Shown piece by piece: positions 48,201-59,183 of a DNA stretch of 64,000 nt. The notes under the pieces are model-generated. The model worked only from the letters and a program-made list of their open reading frames with translations, was not told where the DNA came from and did not search any database. The translations under genes and the position numbers were made by a program. Position 1 is the stretch's first letter. Each line of letters begins with the position of its first letter. The stretch is from the NCBI GenBank assembly GCA_964016885.1, contig OZ024743.1, positions 370,512,001-370,576,000 of the forward strand, given 5' to 3'. Source of the DNA: Eledone cirrhosa (taxonomy: Eukaryota).

Positions 48201-49114
48201 CACCAGAGATACAAAAACAATTAGTTTTATTAAGTTCACATGAACATCAACATATCAGATGTTAGTCTTTCATCAGAAGACAAGTAGATAGATTAGAAAA
48301 TAAAAAATAGTAAAAGGGGAACATGTGAGTGTGTGTATGTTACTTTTTGTGCATCACCGTATATATATATACATTGTTTGTAATAGTGTTTAAATGTGTC
48401 TGGCTCTATTAACATTGTGTATGAGTGTGGTTTGTCAGTGTATATGTCAAATATAAAATAAATTATTAGTGACAGATATGTACATATTCATTATATTCCG
48501 ATTCATTTAAAAAAACAAAAAAAAAAAAACAATCACAACTTTAAGGTGGTCAGCTGTAGTTGAAATAAACAAAAATGCAGTTAAATTCTCATAGCAACCA
48601 CACTGTACAATGCTATGTAAGAAATGTATGTGTATATGTGCTGATGTGTGTATGTGTGTCTAGGTGTGAGTTTCTACGTGTTTATTTATTAATGTGTGTC
48701 AAAGTGCTTTAATTGTATGTGTGTGTGAGTATTTCCATGTGGGTACATAGATGAGGGAGGGTACTGGATGCAGTGGGAAGAGCAGATTAGAAGAAGAGGG
48801 GTGGGAATTGAGGCTATAGAGACTAGATTCACTTAGAAAAAAATAAACCACTGATCCCTCTGTCGGCATGTGTCTGGGGGTTTGGTGCAGGAAGCAAACT
48901 GAAATAGAGTAAGCTGACATGTGGATCAGCAGTGTAGAAATATTAGGCCTCCGAGAATGGGTTGCCAATATATTTATACACATATATATATATATATATA
49001 TATTCGTTTTTGAATTTGTTTTGTGAGATTTCTTATCTGAAAAAGTGTGTTGAAATAGACATTGTTATACTTTGGTAGGGTCATGCTGCCAATAAAAACA
49101 CACACCTGTGCATG

Positions 49115-50062
49115 TGTTTGATGCATGTATATAACCAACAATGTTGCACAACAGCAAGACCTGGGCACTGTGTGCTGAGGGCCTGTGGAGATTGGAAAGA
49201 AATGAAGTCTCCATGCTTCGATGGAGGTGCAATAGCAATATACGTGAATGGCAAAGCATAAATGAACTGTGTGAGAAATTGGGCATAAGAGGGATCATAT
49301 GTTGCATGCAGGAGAGGAGATTGCATTGGTATGGACATGTGATGCATATAAAGGATGACAGCTGTAAAAAAAGGTGCAGAGCGCTCCAAGTTGATGGTAG
49401 CCATGGAGTGGGCAGGCCTAGTAAGACTTGGGTTGAGGTGATTAAAGCTGACCTTACACAATTACACCTCCCAAAGTCGATGACACAAGACCATGACCTC
49501 TGGCACTATGCAGTACTACAGAATCACATCATCCCATATGCTTGAGGAATATATCTAATAGGCAACACTAACCTCTACCAACGCCCTTCCCATACACCTC
49601 CCTTACTGTAACCACCCCTCCCCTATTAATTACATCCTCAATTTTCTCCAAGTTTCTTCCCCCACTCTCCCAAGTTCCCATCCCACACCATGAAGTGGTC
49701 CCTTTGGAGCCACGACAAAAGTGCCCAGCCCACACTGTATAGTGGTCATGTATGTGTCAAGACAAAAGCACCCAGCCCACACTGTAAAATGGTCATGTAG
49801 AGGTCATAACAAAAAGCACCCAGCCCACACTGTAAAGTGGTCATGTCGACGACATGACAGAAAATGCTCAGTCCACACTTTCAAGTGGTCGTGTAGGTGT
49901 CACAATAAAATGTGGTTGGCATTAGGAAGGGCATCCAGCTATAGAAACCAAACCAAAATCAGCCCTGTGTATGGATCTCTGATCTGATCTCTCCCAAAGG
50001 GACAGCCCATCTTACCCATGCTAGTGTGGAAAATGGACGTTAAACGATAATGATGATGATGA
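49115..50062 (+). mobile_element. RTE LINE 3' fragment with tandem 3' UTR repeats
   Basis: MLHNSKTWALCAE..RLERNEVSMLRW..RRLHWYGHV; a ~46-bp unit aaaagcacccagcccacactgtaaagtggtcatgt.. repeated about 4 times; (GAT)n then (TA)n tail. Confidence 0.88.
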
Positions 50063-50071
50063 TATATATTT

Positions 50072-50119
<48 letters not shown>

Positions 50120-50285
50120 ATATATAAAGTGGTCGATATATAATATAATCATCATGTGGCTCTATGATCACTTAATGAGAGAATTAAAACTAAAATTTTG
50201 AGTAGTAGTAGTTTATTCTGATGATATTGGTTAATGACTGAATGAAATTTAATGTTATTTAATGGATTTTTGTTTTGTTTTCCAG

Positions 50286-50406
50286 TTAGATACATAAACG
50301 ACACAACAGTTCAAGTGTTTTACAATGGTTCATATGAATATATTTGTGAAGAAAACTTGAACAATAAAGTGGTTTCAAAACAATTGTGTTCCTATGTTGG
50401 AAGAAG
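50286..50406 (+). CDS. Exon H: N-terminal half of a second, divergent SRCR-like domain
   Basis: Acceptor tgttttgttttccag, donor AG|gtaaga; 121 nt, phase 1-2 like exon D. Encodes FRYINDTTVQVFYNGSYEYICEENLNNKVVSKQLCSYVGR, with VQV...IC....LC..G spacing as in the SRCR domains that follow LDLa repeats in mosaic proteases. Confidence 0.82.
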
Positions 50407-50504
50407 GTAAGAAAACTGAGTAACAAACATTTTTAATTAAAAAATATTAAAAGGATATTAAAAGGATGCTGTAGTTTGCTTGAAGCATTGTGTAAAGTGT
50501 AGAA

Positions 50505-51685
50505 ATTAGTTTATTGGCCTACTTTTTAAGGGGTTCAACTGAGATATTCAAATCAGGTTGTTGGTGTGCTTGTTCATTAACCTCCTTTTTAACAATCCTA
50601 ATTTATTCTACCCAACTATTATGCTCAACATCCTGTACCCATATTCCTCTCCAAAATGTGTTGGTCTATTCAGCCTCAGGAATAACATCATTGCCTCTTT
50701 CTTTCCCTTCAAACTGTTCAAATAACATCTTCTGGTTGTTATTGAACATGCAGTTTTGTCTATACTGGCTCTTATGTCTTTTAATTGTTGTACTTTTGAC
50801 TATGAGACGTTGCTTTATCTCCTCTATTATAACATTTAGCCCGTTTATCTTTGTGTTGTATTTCCTTGACAATCTATCCTTAGTATCTATATTTTGTAAT
50901 ATCCCATTTAATAAAGACTCAAGTTTTCCTATGTTTTTTTCTTATTTCCTTGGTTTAATCATTCAACTGCTTATTCCCCCAAAGTTCTGTCTTGTCTTGT
51001 CTGTTTTACCAAGCGATTTTTTCACCACATTTGCAGTTGCTTTGAGGGTGATCCATTGTTGAAGATTCTTCACCTCAAGATACAGGATGAGCCTGTTTAC
51101 CATAGCTGTTGTTTTTTTTTTTAATCATTTTTCTGTCTTCAAATCTTAGATTCAAAGGTTTTCTACTACCATTATTAATTTCATCCACAATCAATTTTCA
51201 GAATGTCAACAAAATCTTGCCCTAGCCCTTCAGTGTTCATTGTCCCAATGACCGTATGTTTACTCCAGATGTTATTTATCTCAACCATTAGATCATTGTC
51301 TTTGTCAGTTGCTTTCTCGTGTCTCATAACCAAATCACCCTTATTTTCTACTAGCTTATTTACCTGATTCACTCCACTTTCTACAGGCTCTTTTACCTGA
51401 TCTACTCCGCTTTCCATTTCCAGCTTAATCTCTTTACACAGTTCCCCCAATTCCTACTTGCTTATCCATCCATTAGTTCTTATTATTTAAATATACCAAT
51501 ATCATTCCAGATTTTATACATTCATTTCCTATAGCCTTTCTTTGTGGGATCACTTTTCAGATAACATTTCATTACAGTTTTATTCAATTCTATTGTCCGT
51601 TCTTTCACCAACACCAACAACATTTGGATGACAGCCAGATTCCTGCTGTCAGTGACATTGTAATTGTTTTGATGTCCATGGCTTT
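50505..51685 (-). mobile_element. Degraded 5' half of an R4/Dong-like LINE
   Basis: Paralogous to 55220-56420 (IIEEIKQRLIVKS..QNCMFNNNQKMLFEQFEGKERGNDVIPEAE; IKLEMESGV..). Confidence 0.82.
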
Positions 51686-51687
51686 TA

Positions 51688-51730
<43 letters not shown>

Positions 51731-51731
<1 letters not shown>

Positions 51732-51916
51732 GGGCAGTGATTTGGCAGTATTGATAGAGGGTTGGACGCCATGCTTTCTAGCATAGTTACGTCCCATTAC
51801 GGTCTGAGTTAAAATCCCGTCGAGGTTAACTTTGCTTTCATCCATACAGGATCGATAAAATAAAGTACCAGTAATGTACTGGGTAATTGCTGGTCTTGTG
51901 CCAAAAGTAGAAACAT
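51731..51916 (+). mobile_element. Young SINE within (ATT)n
   Basis: Full SINE consensus flanked by (ATT)n on both sides. Confidence 0.9.
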
Positions 51917-52393
51917 TTATTATTATTACTAGCAGAAAAACCACCCTTTGGGTGGTTTTCTGCTAGCATGTGAAGTGTGTATATTGATTTTATACGCAAG
52001 TATATATACATGTAGATATGATACATCAAATAAAATCGTAATTGACAATATAAACAGAAATTGAATTAAGATGTTGTTACACTGTCTTATGCAATCAGTA
52101 ATGTAATCCATGATACGTTAAAAAACGACGATATTATATATAAACTGCATTAGGAGAAAATTAGTGACAGAAAATTAGTATGTTTATTTAAGTGATCGCC
52201 ACCGGAAGTGTTGACATCACACACTCTCTCTTTCTATATATATGGTAGTTGAAGTGGTGGTGGCAACGATATAACGGAAGTGTAACTTTGAAAAGAAGTC
52301 AATTTTAAATTATTTAATTTTACGAAATTATTTTTGTTTACGAAATTTAGTAGATAAATTATGTAATATTCATTCATTATTTGAATTGGCAGT

Positions 52394-52862
52394 TTCATCC
52401 TTACGGGGCCGATAAAATAAAGTACCAGTAATGCACTGGGTAATTGCTGGCCTTGTGCCTAAAGTAGAAACAATTATTTGAATTGGCAGTATCGGTAGAG
52501 GGTGGGACACCATGCTTTGATGCATAGAGTTACGGCCCTTTACGATCTGAGTTCAAATCCTGCCAAGGTTAACTTTGCCTTTCATCCTTACGGGGTCGAT
52601 AAAATAAAGTACCAGTAATGTACTGGGTAATTGCTGGCCTTGTGCCAATAGTAGAAACAATTATTTGTTCAAAGTGGCGGTGGATTGGCTGTATCGGTAG
52701 AGGGTTGGACGCCATGCTTTGCAGCAAAGAGTTACAGCCCTTTATGGACTGAGTTCATATCCCGCCGAGGTTAATTTTGCCTTTCATCCTTACGGGGTCG
52801 ATAAAATAAAGTACCAGTAATACACTGGGATAATTGCTGGCCTTGTGCCAAAAGTAGAAACA
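52394..52862 (+). mobile_element. Chain of three young SINEs (one truncated, two near-full) with TSDs
   Basis: TSD attatttgaattggcagt at 52376-52393 and 52473-52490; TSD attattt(g/a)ttcaaagt at 52660-52675 and 52863-52878. Confidence 0.9.
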
Positions 52863-52986
52863 ATTATTTATTCAAAGTAATCCAACTTATTTTACTAACG
52901 GGATAAAAAAAAATAAACCGTACGCAGTCCCGCAGACCTTCCTTTATTATAGTTCATTATAGTTTATTATTATTATTATTATTATT

Positions 52987-55900
52987 GTTCTTTGAGTCTC
53001 AGTCGTTGATGTTATTTAACTGGAAAGTTTGTTGAAATAAATATCAAGCCGCTACCTGCAGCCTCAGATATACAGGACGTATCAGAGGGTTCTTGCTGTT
53101 CCCAGCAAGCATGCCTTTTGAAGTGTTCCAAAAAGCGGGGCTGGACTAATTTTCTTTAACCATCCTTGGAAACTCTTTGAGATAGTACCTAGTGCTCCTA
53201 TGACAATCGGGACGACTCTGACTTCATGGCAGTCCCAAATCCTTTTTACCTCCCACTTTAAGTCCTGGTATCGGTTAATTTTCTCCCTCTCCTTTTCTTG
53301 CACTCTTGTGTCAAATGGGCAGGCTACATCTACAATCAGGCACGATCTTTTTTCCTTGTCCAAAACCACCAAGTCAGGCCTATTGTGTTCCAGTTTCTTG
53401 TCCGTCCGTATCCTAAAATCCCATAGCACCTTCACCTGATCGTTTTCTATCACCGACTCTGGCTTATGCTCATACCACTTCTCAGAATGCGGTAAATTGT
53501 TTACTTTGCATAGGTGCCAGTGGATCACCCTGCCCATCACATCATGTCTCCAGCCTTTATAGTGAGTCTGGGCTAGGTGTTTACACTCGGATACAATGTG
53601 AGCCACAGTCTCCTCTCTCTCTCCACAGATCCTACACAGTGGGCTAGCCTCCTCCTTGTAAATATGGTGTTTCACCTACTTCGTTCTGAGGCCCTGCTCT
53701 TGCGCAGCCATTAGCATTCCTTCTGTAGCCTTTTTAAGGTCTCCTCTTTTTAACCAGTTCCATGTCTGTGGATCTCTAAATTCAATTTTCTCAAAGAAAG
53801 TACTATACAAGGATTTTTCATGAAGGTTGCTCTTCCTCCTTGTTGTTATTTCCTCCTTGGACATCCCCTGGACTATTGTCCTCTCCTTCAGTATAATTCT
53901 GAGCATTGACTCCCTACTGTCAGTCACATATTTGTGCATGTTGTTTTTCTCCATCTGAACACAGTCCTCTATGCTGATAAGACCTCTTCCACCTTCAGAT
54001 CTCTTTAAGTAGAGGCTATCGACATCACTCTTCTTGTGGAACATGTTGTAGATAGTCAATAGCTTCCTAGTCTTCCTATCCATTTCTTTTTGTTCAGCAA
54101 CATTCCATTTCAGAATTCCCGCACTGTACCTAATAATAGACACAGCTCGGGAATTTACTGCACTTATGACATTCGTACTATTTAGATGTGATTTTAATAC
54201 GCTCCTTACTCTCCTAATCTACTCAGATCTTATCAATTCTTTCTTTTTTTTTGTTTTTGATGTCATCTGCCTCCAGAACACCTAAATATATATTTGTATC
54301 CTTCTTCAGTGTCAATTTCCTTTATCATCTCACCTTTTGGTACCTGGATTCCGTTGCTTCTGCTCAATTTACCCCTCTTCATCACTAGGACTCCACACTT
54401 ATTAATACCAAATTCCATATATCATTCCTGAAAATACGGACAGTGTCAACAAGTACATCCAACTCATTCTCACTCTTCCCACAGAGTTTAAGATCTTCCA
54501 TGAAGAGGAGGTGGTTGATGGTAAGCTCTCCCTTTCCCAACTTGTATCCTGCTCTCACTTTTCGCAGTATAATGGTCAGGGGTATCAGGGCAAGGACAAA
54601 CAACAGAGGGGACAAACTATCTCCCTGGAAGATACCTCTCTTGATCCTCACGCCTCCCAAGGATTCTCCACCCGATGTTAACTCTGTTTCCCAGGACTTC
54701 ATACTTTTGCTCAACAACTGTCTGATGTTATCTGCCACTTTGAAGATATCTAGGCTTTTGGTTATCCAAGAGTGAGGTACCATGTTGAATGCCTTTTTGT
54801 AATCTATCCATCCCATGGCAAGACCAGTGTGTCTCCTCTTGCAATTCCTCATTACCATCTTATCAATAAGTAACTGGTCTTTTGTACCACGGGACTTCTT
54901 TCGGCATCCTTTCTGTTCATCCGGTAACAAGTTGTTTATGTGGAGGTGATGGTAGATTTCCTCAGACACAATGCTTGTTAACAGTTTCCACATTATGGAC
55001 AGACATGTGATAGGTCTATAGTTGGTAACATCATTACCCTTGATTCGGTCTTTCATTACCAGAACTGTGGTACCTTTTGTCAACCACTCTGGTACCTCAC
55101 CCGACATCAAGCAGTCATTGAACATGGTTGTCAGTTTCGGGTGGAGGGATGTTATATTTTTAATCCAATACCCCTGCACACCATCTGGGTCTGGTGATTT
55201 CCAGTTGGTTAGATTTTTGGCCTGCCCCTTGAGAGTTTCAACTGTGATATTCAAATCAGTTTGTTGGTGTGCTTGTTCACTAATCTCCTTTTGTACTGTC
55301 TCAATCCACACTGCCTGATCATTATGTTCAACATCCTGCTCCCATATTCCTCTCCAGAATGTCTTAGTCTGTTCCGCCTCAGGGATCAAGTCGTTGCCTC
55401 TTTCTTTCCCTTCAAGCTGTCCAAACAACATCTTCTGGTTGTTGTCAAACATACAGTTCTGTCTATACTAACTGACTCTGCTCTCGTACCGCCTAATCTT
55501 TGCACTTTTTGCTACAATGCGTTGCTTCAGTTGCTCTATGATAATATTTAGCTTTTTCCTCCTAGTTTTGTACTTTATTTCCAGTCTATTTTTAGTGTCA
55601 ATGTTTTGTCGTGTCCCATTCAGTAGGGACTCAAGCTTTCCAATGTCATTTCTCATTTCCCTGATTTGACCATTCAGTCGTTTCTTCCACCAAGGTTCTG
55701 ATCTTTCATGTTTGCTGTTTCATCTCGTTTTTATGCCAAATAATTTCCTCACCGCATTTGTTGCCTTGAGGAAATTGTTGCATTGGTGAAGGTTCCTCGC
55801 CTCAAGGTATGGGATGACTTTGTTTACCTTAGCTGTTGTTTCTTTTAACTTTTTCCTGTCTACAAATCTTAGGTTCATAGGTTTCCCACTATCATTGTTC

Positions 55901-56910
55901 ATTTCATCTACCACTAAGTTAAGGATATCAACCAAATCTTGTCCTAGCCCGTCAGCATTCATTTCCTCAAGGGCCGTATATTTGTTCCAGATGTTATTTA
56001 TTTCAGCATTCAGATCATTGTCTGCTTCGGATGCTTCCTCAGGTCTCTCAACCTCTTCACCTTCATTTCCCACTGGCTCGTTTGCCTGACATACTCCACT
56101 CTCCATTTCCAACCTAATCTCTCTGCTCAGTTCCTCCAGTTCCAACTCGCTTATCGATTTATTAGTTCTTATTACCCGAACCTGCCCGGCCAATTTTTGT
56201 TCATCTAATTTAAATAGTCCAATCTCGTTCCAGATGTTATGCATCCGTTTCCTATAGCCTTTTTCCTTGGGGTTACTCTTCAGGTAACATTCCATGACAG
56301 TTCTATTCAATTCTTTCGTCCAGTTGGTTCTTGTCCCTTTTCTTCTTCTTCTTCTTCTTCTTCTTCTTCTTCCAACACCAGGAGTATTTGAATGACAGCC
56401 AGGTCCCTGCTGCTGGGCCAGGGAGCACCTGCTGGGTGAGAGTCTGTCACATGACTTCCAGTCTCCTCTACACCGTTATTCGAACTGTTTAGGTTCGACA
56501 TTTAAACACTCATATCGAGGATTGGTGAATGTATGGTTACATAACCACCGGTGATTTCATCACCCCAGTGATTTGATCACCCCCAGTGATTTTAGCGTGG
56601 CACCATCACGCTGTAGACGAACATAAATAAATAAACAAATAAATAGATAAAGACTTTAAAAAATAAACATAAGTTTCATTGTAATGTTTGAATGTCTTAC
56701 TTAGTTTTTTTTGTTTGTTTGTTTTTCCTTTACGTTTTTCGTTTTTCAAGGCCCGTAACATCGGTTATTAGTGTTGTTGTTGCTGCTGCTGCTGTTTTTG
56801 ATTTTAGCTACGAGAGAAGTAGGGGTTGTTGCGTTCAAAACCTTGAAATTTGTTTTTGTTGTTGCATTTGTTTTTGTCTGTGTTCTGTTCTATAATTTTT
56901 CCGGCTTGTT
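52987..56910 (-). mobile_element. Near full-length R4/Dong-clade non-LTR retrotransposon (RT, CCHC, REL endonuclease), disrupted
   Basis: RT NYRPITCL, EQKGC, WIDYKKAFNMVPHSW, GIFQGDSLSPLLF, HLLFMEDLKL; zinc knuckle CRICGEREETVAHIVSEC; RHD; REL RPDLVV..IVDVACP..EKINRY. One ORF broken by stops and frameshifts; (AAT)n tail. Confidence 0.93.
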
Positions 56911-56922
56911 GCTTATCATTAT

Positions 56923-57291
56923 TGTGAATTGGCAGTATCGGTAGAGGGTCGGACGCCATGCTTTCCAGCATAGTTACGTCCCTTTACGACCTGAGTTCAA
57001 ATCCCGCCGAGGTTGACTTTGACTTTCATCCTTACGGGGTCGATAAAATAAAGTACCAGTAATGCACTGGGTAATTGCTGGCCTTGTGCCTAAAGTAGAA
57101 ACAATTATTATGGATTGGCAGTATCGGTAGAGGGTCGGACGCCATGCTTTGCAGCAAAGAGTTACGGCCCTTTATGGTCTGAGTTCAAATCCCGCCGAGG
57201 GTAACTTTGCCCTTCATCCTTACAGGGTCGATAAAATAAAGTACCAGTAATACACTGGTTAATTGCTGGCCTTGTGCCAAAAGTAGACTCA
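56923..57291 (+). mobile_element. Tandem pair of young SINEs (two subfamilies)
   Basis: Two consecutive copies joined at attattat. Diagnostic variants are ttccagcatagttacgtccc and ttgcagcaaagagttacggccc. Confidence 0.92.
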
Positions 57292-57900
57292 ATTATTATT
57301 ATTATATTATAGTTTAGATTTAGATTAGATTTGACATTGTTTAAACTAAACATTTTGAGAGAGTTTAGAGATACATGGTGTTGTTGTTGTTGTCAGCTGT
57401 TTGACCGGGTCACTAACCCAGTCTATTTATATCTTTTGATACCTTCCTCGCTTCTAGTCAAGTATGGTGACACTACTACCACCCCTCTCTTAACAGGAGG
57501 TAGCGATGAAGTAGTGGTGGCGGTGGTGATGGGATAGTAGCACTATAGTGATGGTGTTGCTGCAGCCGTTGGTTTGTATTTGGCTAATTCTTTTGTGGTA
57601 GTGGTGATGGTGGCAGTGGTGGTGTTGGTGGCAGTGGTGGTGTTGGTGTTGAAATTATTTGGCTGTTGTTTGTAACCATTTTCTTTTTTGACTATAAAAT
57701 TTCTGATACAAAATTAAATATTAAATATTGGAGCCCTATGTCATAATGTGATGCGTTGTCACTTCCTGAGAGTTAAGACTGGTATCTTATGTTCCATTTG
57801 TAATAAGAATTATTCTTTCACAATTGTTTTAAATATGTAAAAAATCAAAAACTTACGGGAGCGATTCCATAACACTCTATCCTCCATGTGCGTATTTCCC

Positions 57901-57953
<53 letters not shown>

Positions 57954-58453
57954 GTTCTTTGAGTCTCAGTCATTGATGTTAGTTAACTGGAAAGTTTGTT
58001 GAAATGAATATCAAGCCACTACCTGCAGCCTCAGATATTCAGGACGTATCGGAGGGTTCTTGCTGTTCCCAGCAAGCATGCCTTTTGAAGCGTTCCAAAA
58101 AGCGTGAAGGGGCCAATTTTCTTTAACCATCCCTGGAAACTTTTTGAGATAGTACCTAGTGCGCCTATGACAATCGGGACCACTTTGACTTCATGGCAGT
58201 TCCAAATCCTTTTTACCTCCCACTTTAAGTCCTGGTATCGGTTAATTTTCTCCCCCTCCTTCTCTTGCACTCTCGTGTCGAATGGGCAGGCCACATCCAC
58301 AATCAGACACGATCTTTTTTCTTTGTCCAAAACCACCAGGTCAGGTCTATTGTGTTCCAGTTTCTTGTCCGTCTGCATCCTAAAATCCCATAGCACCTTC
58401 ACCTGATCGTTTTCTATCACCGACTCTGGCTTATGCCCATACCACTTCTCAGA

Positions 58454-58454
<1 letters not shown>
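57954..58454 (-). mobile_element. R4/Dong-like 3' fragment inserted in (ATT)n
   Basis: Near-identical to 52987-53487; pure (ATT)n at 57901-57953 and 58454-58498. Confidence 0.93.
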
Positions 58455-58498
<44 letters not shown>

Positions 58499-58500
<2 letters not shown>

Positions 58501-59175
58501 TTTTATTGTTTTTCCTTTTCCTTCAGTATTGTTTCTGATATATGTCTAGTGCAAGTAAATTCATTGTATACATTGGTAAGCCAGTTAATACACCACATTG
58601 AATATAATTTACAGCTTATTCTTACAGAGGGATATCATTCTTACAGAGATCGTGCTCTACTCACACACACAGCCACACAAGGGGAGGGGGTATCATTCTC
58701 ACATAGATAGTGCTCTTCTCAATACGTGGGCAGTAACAGTCAAAATGATTTTTTGCACCTCTTGCAGAGAGGATAACCAGGAATCATCCTCAAATACTGT
58801 TCTATTCCTTTTTTTATCATTCCCAGTGCTCCCACAATCACTGGTATTGTATCAGCCTTGAGGTGCCACATTTTTTTTATTTCTATAAGCAAATCTTTGT
58901 TTTCTTAGCTTGTTGAATTCTTTTGCCGCAATATTGTGATCACATGGGATGCTCATATCAATCAGTAAATAGACCTTGCTATGTTGGTCTTTTACAATGA
59001 TATCTGGTCTATTTGCTTTAATGGCCTGGTCAGTATGTACAAGAAAATACCAAAAAATTGTTACTTTTTCTCCTTCCGTTACAACCTCAGGGTGATGATT
59101 GTACCACTTGTCAGCAGCTTTGATTTTATAATGTCGACATATTACCAATGTGTAATTATTTACTGACCACAATGA
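58499..59175 (-). mobile_element. Second, older R4-type LINE family, 3' fragment
   Basis: KWYNHHPEVV..VTIFW..TDQAIKANRPDIIVKD..LLIDMSIP..KEFNK is a REL domain. Confidence 0.8.
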
Positions 59176-59183
59176 ATACATAC

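Noticed and set aside
48262-48285. CUGAUGA on the minus strand as another hammerhead core
   Set aside because: No correctly placed GAAA, stem III or stem I partner.
58527-58575. Possible phase-2 exon (ccttcag...ttg|gtaagc) following exon H
   Set aside because: It encodes IVSDICLVQVNSLYTL with no SRCR C-half features and lies in the antisense 3' UTR of an R4-type LINE; at most a cryptic exon.
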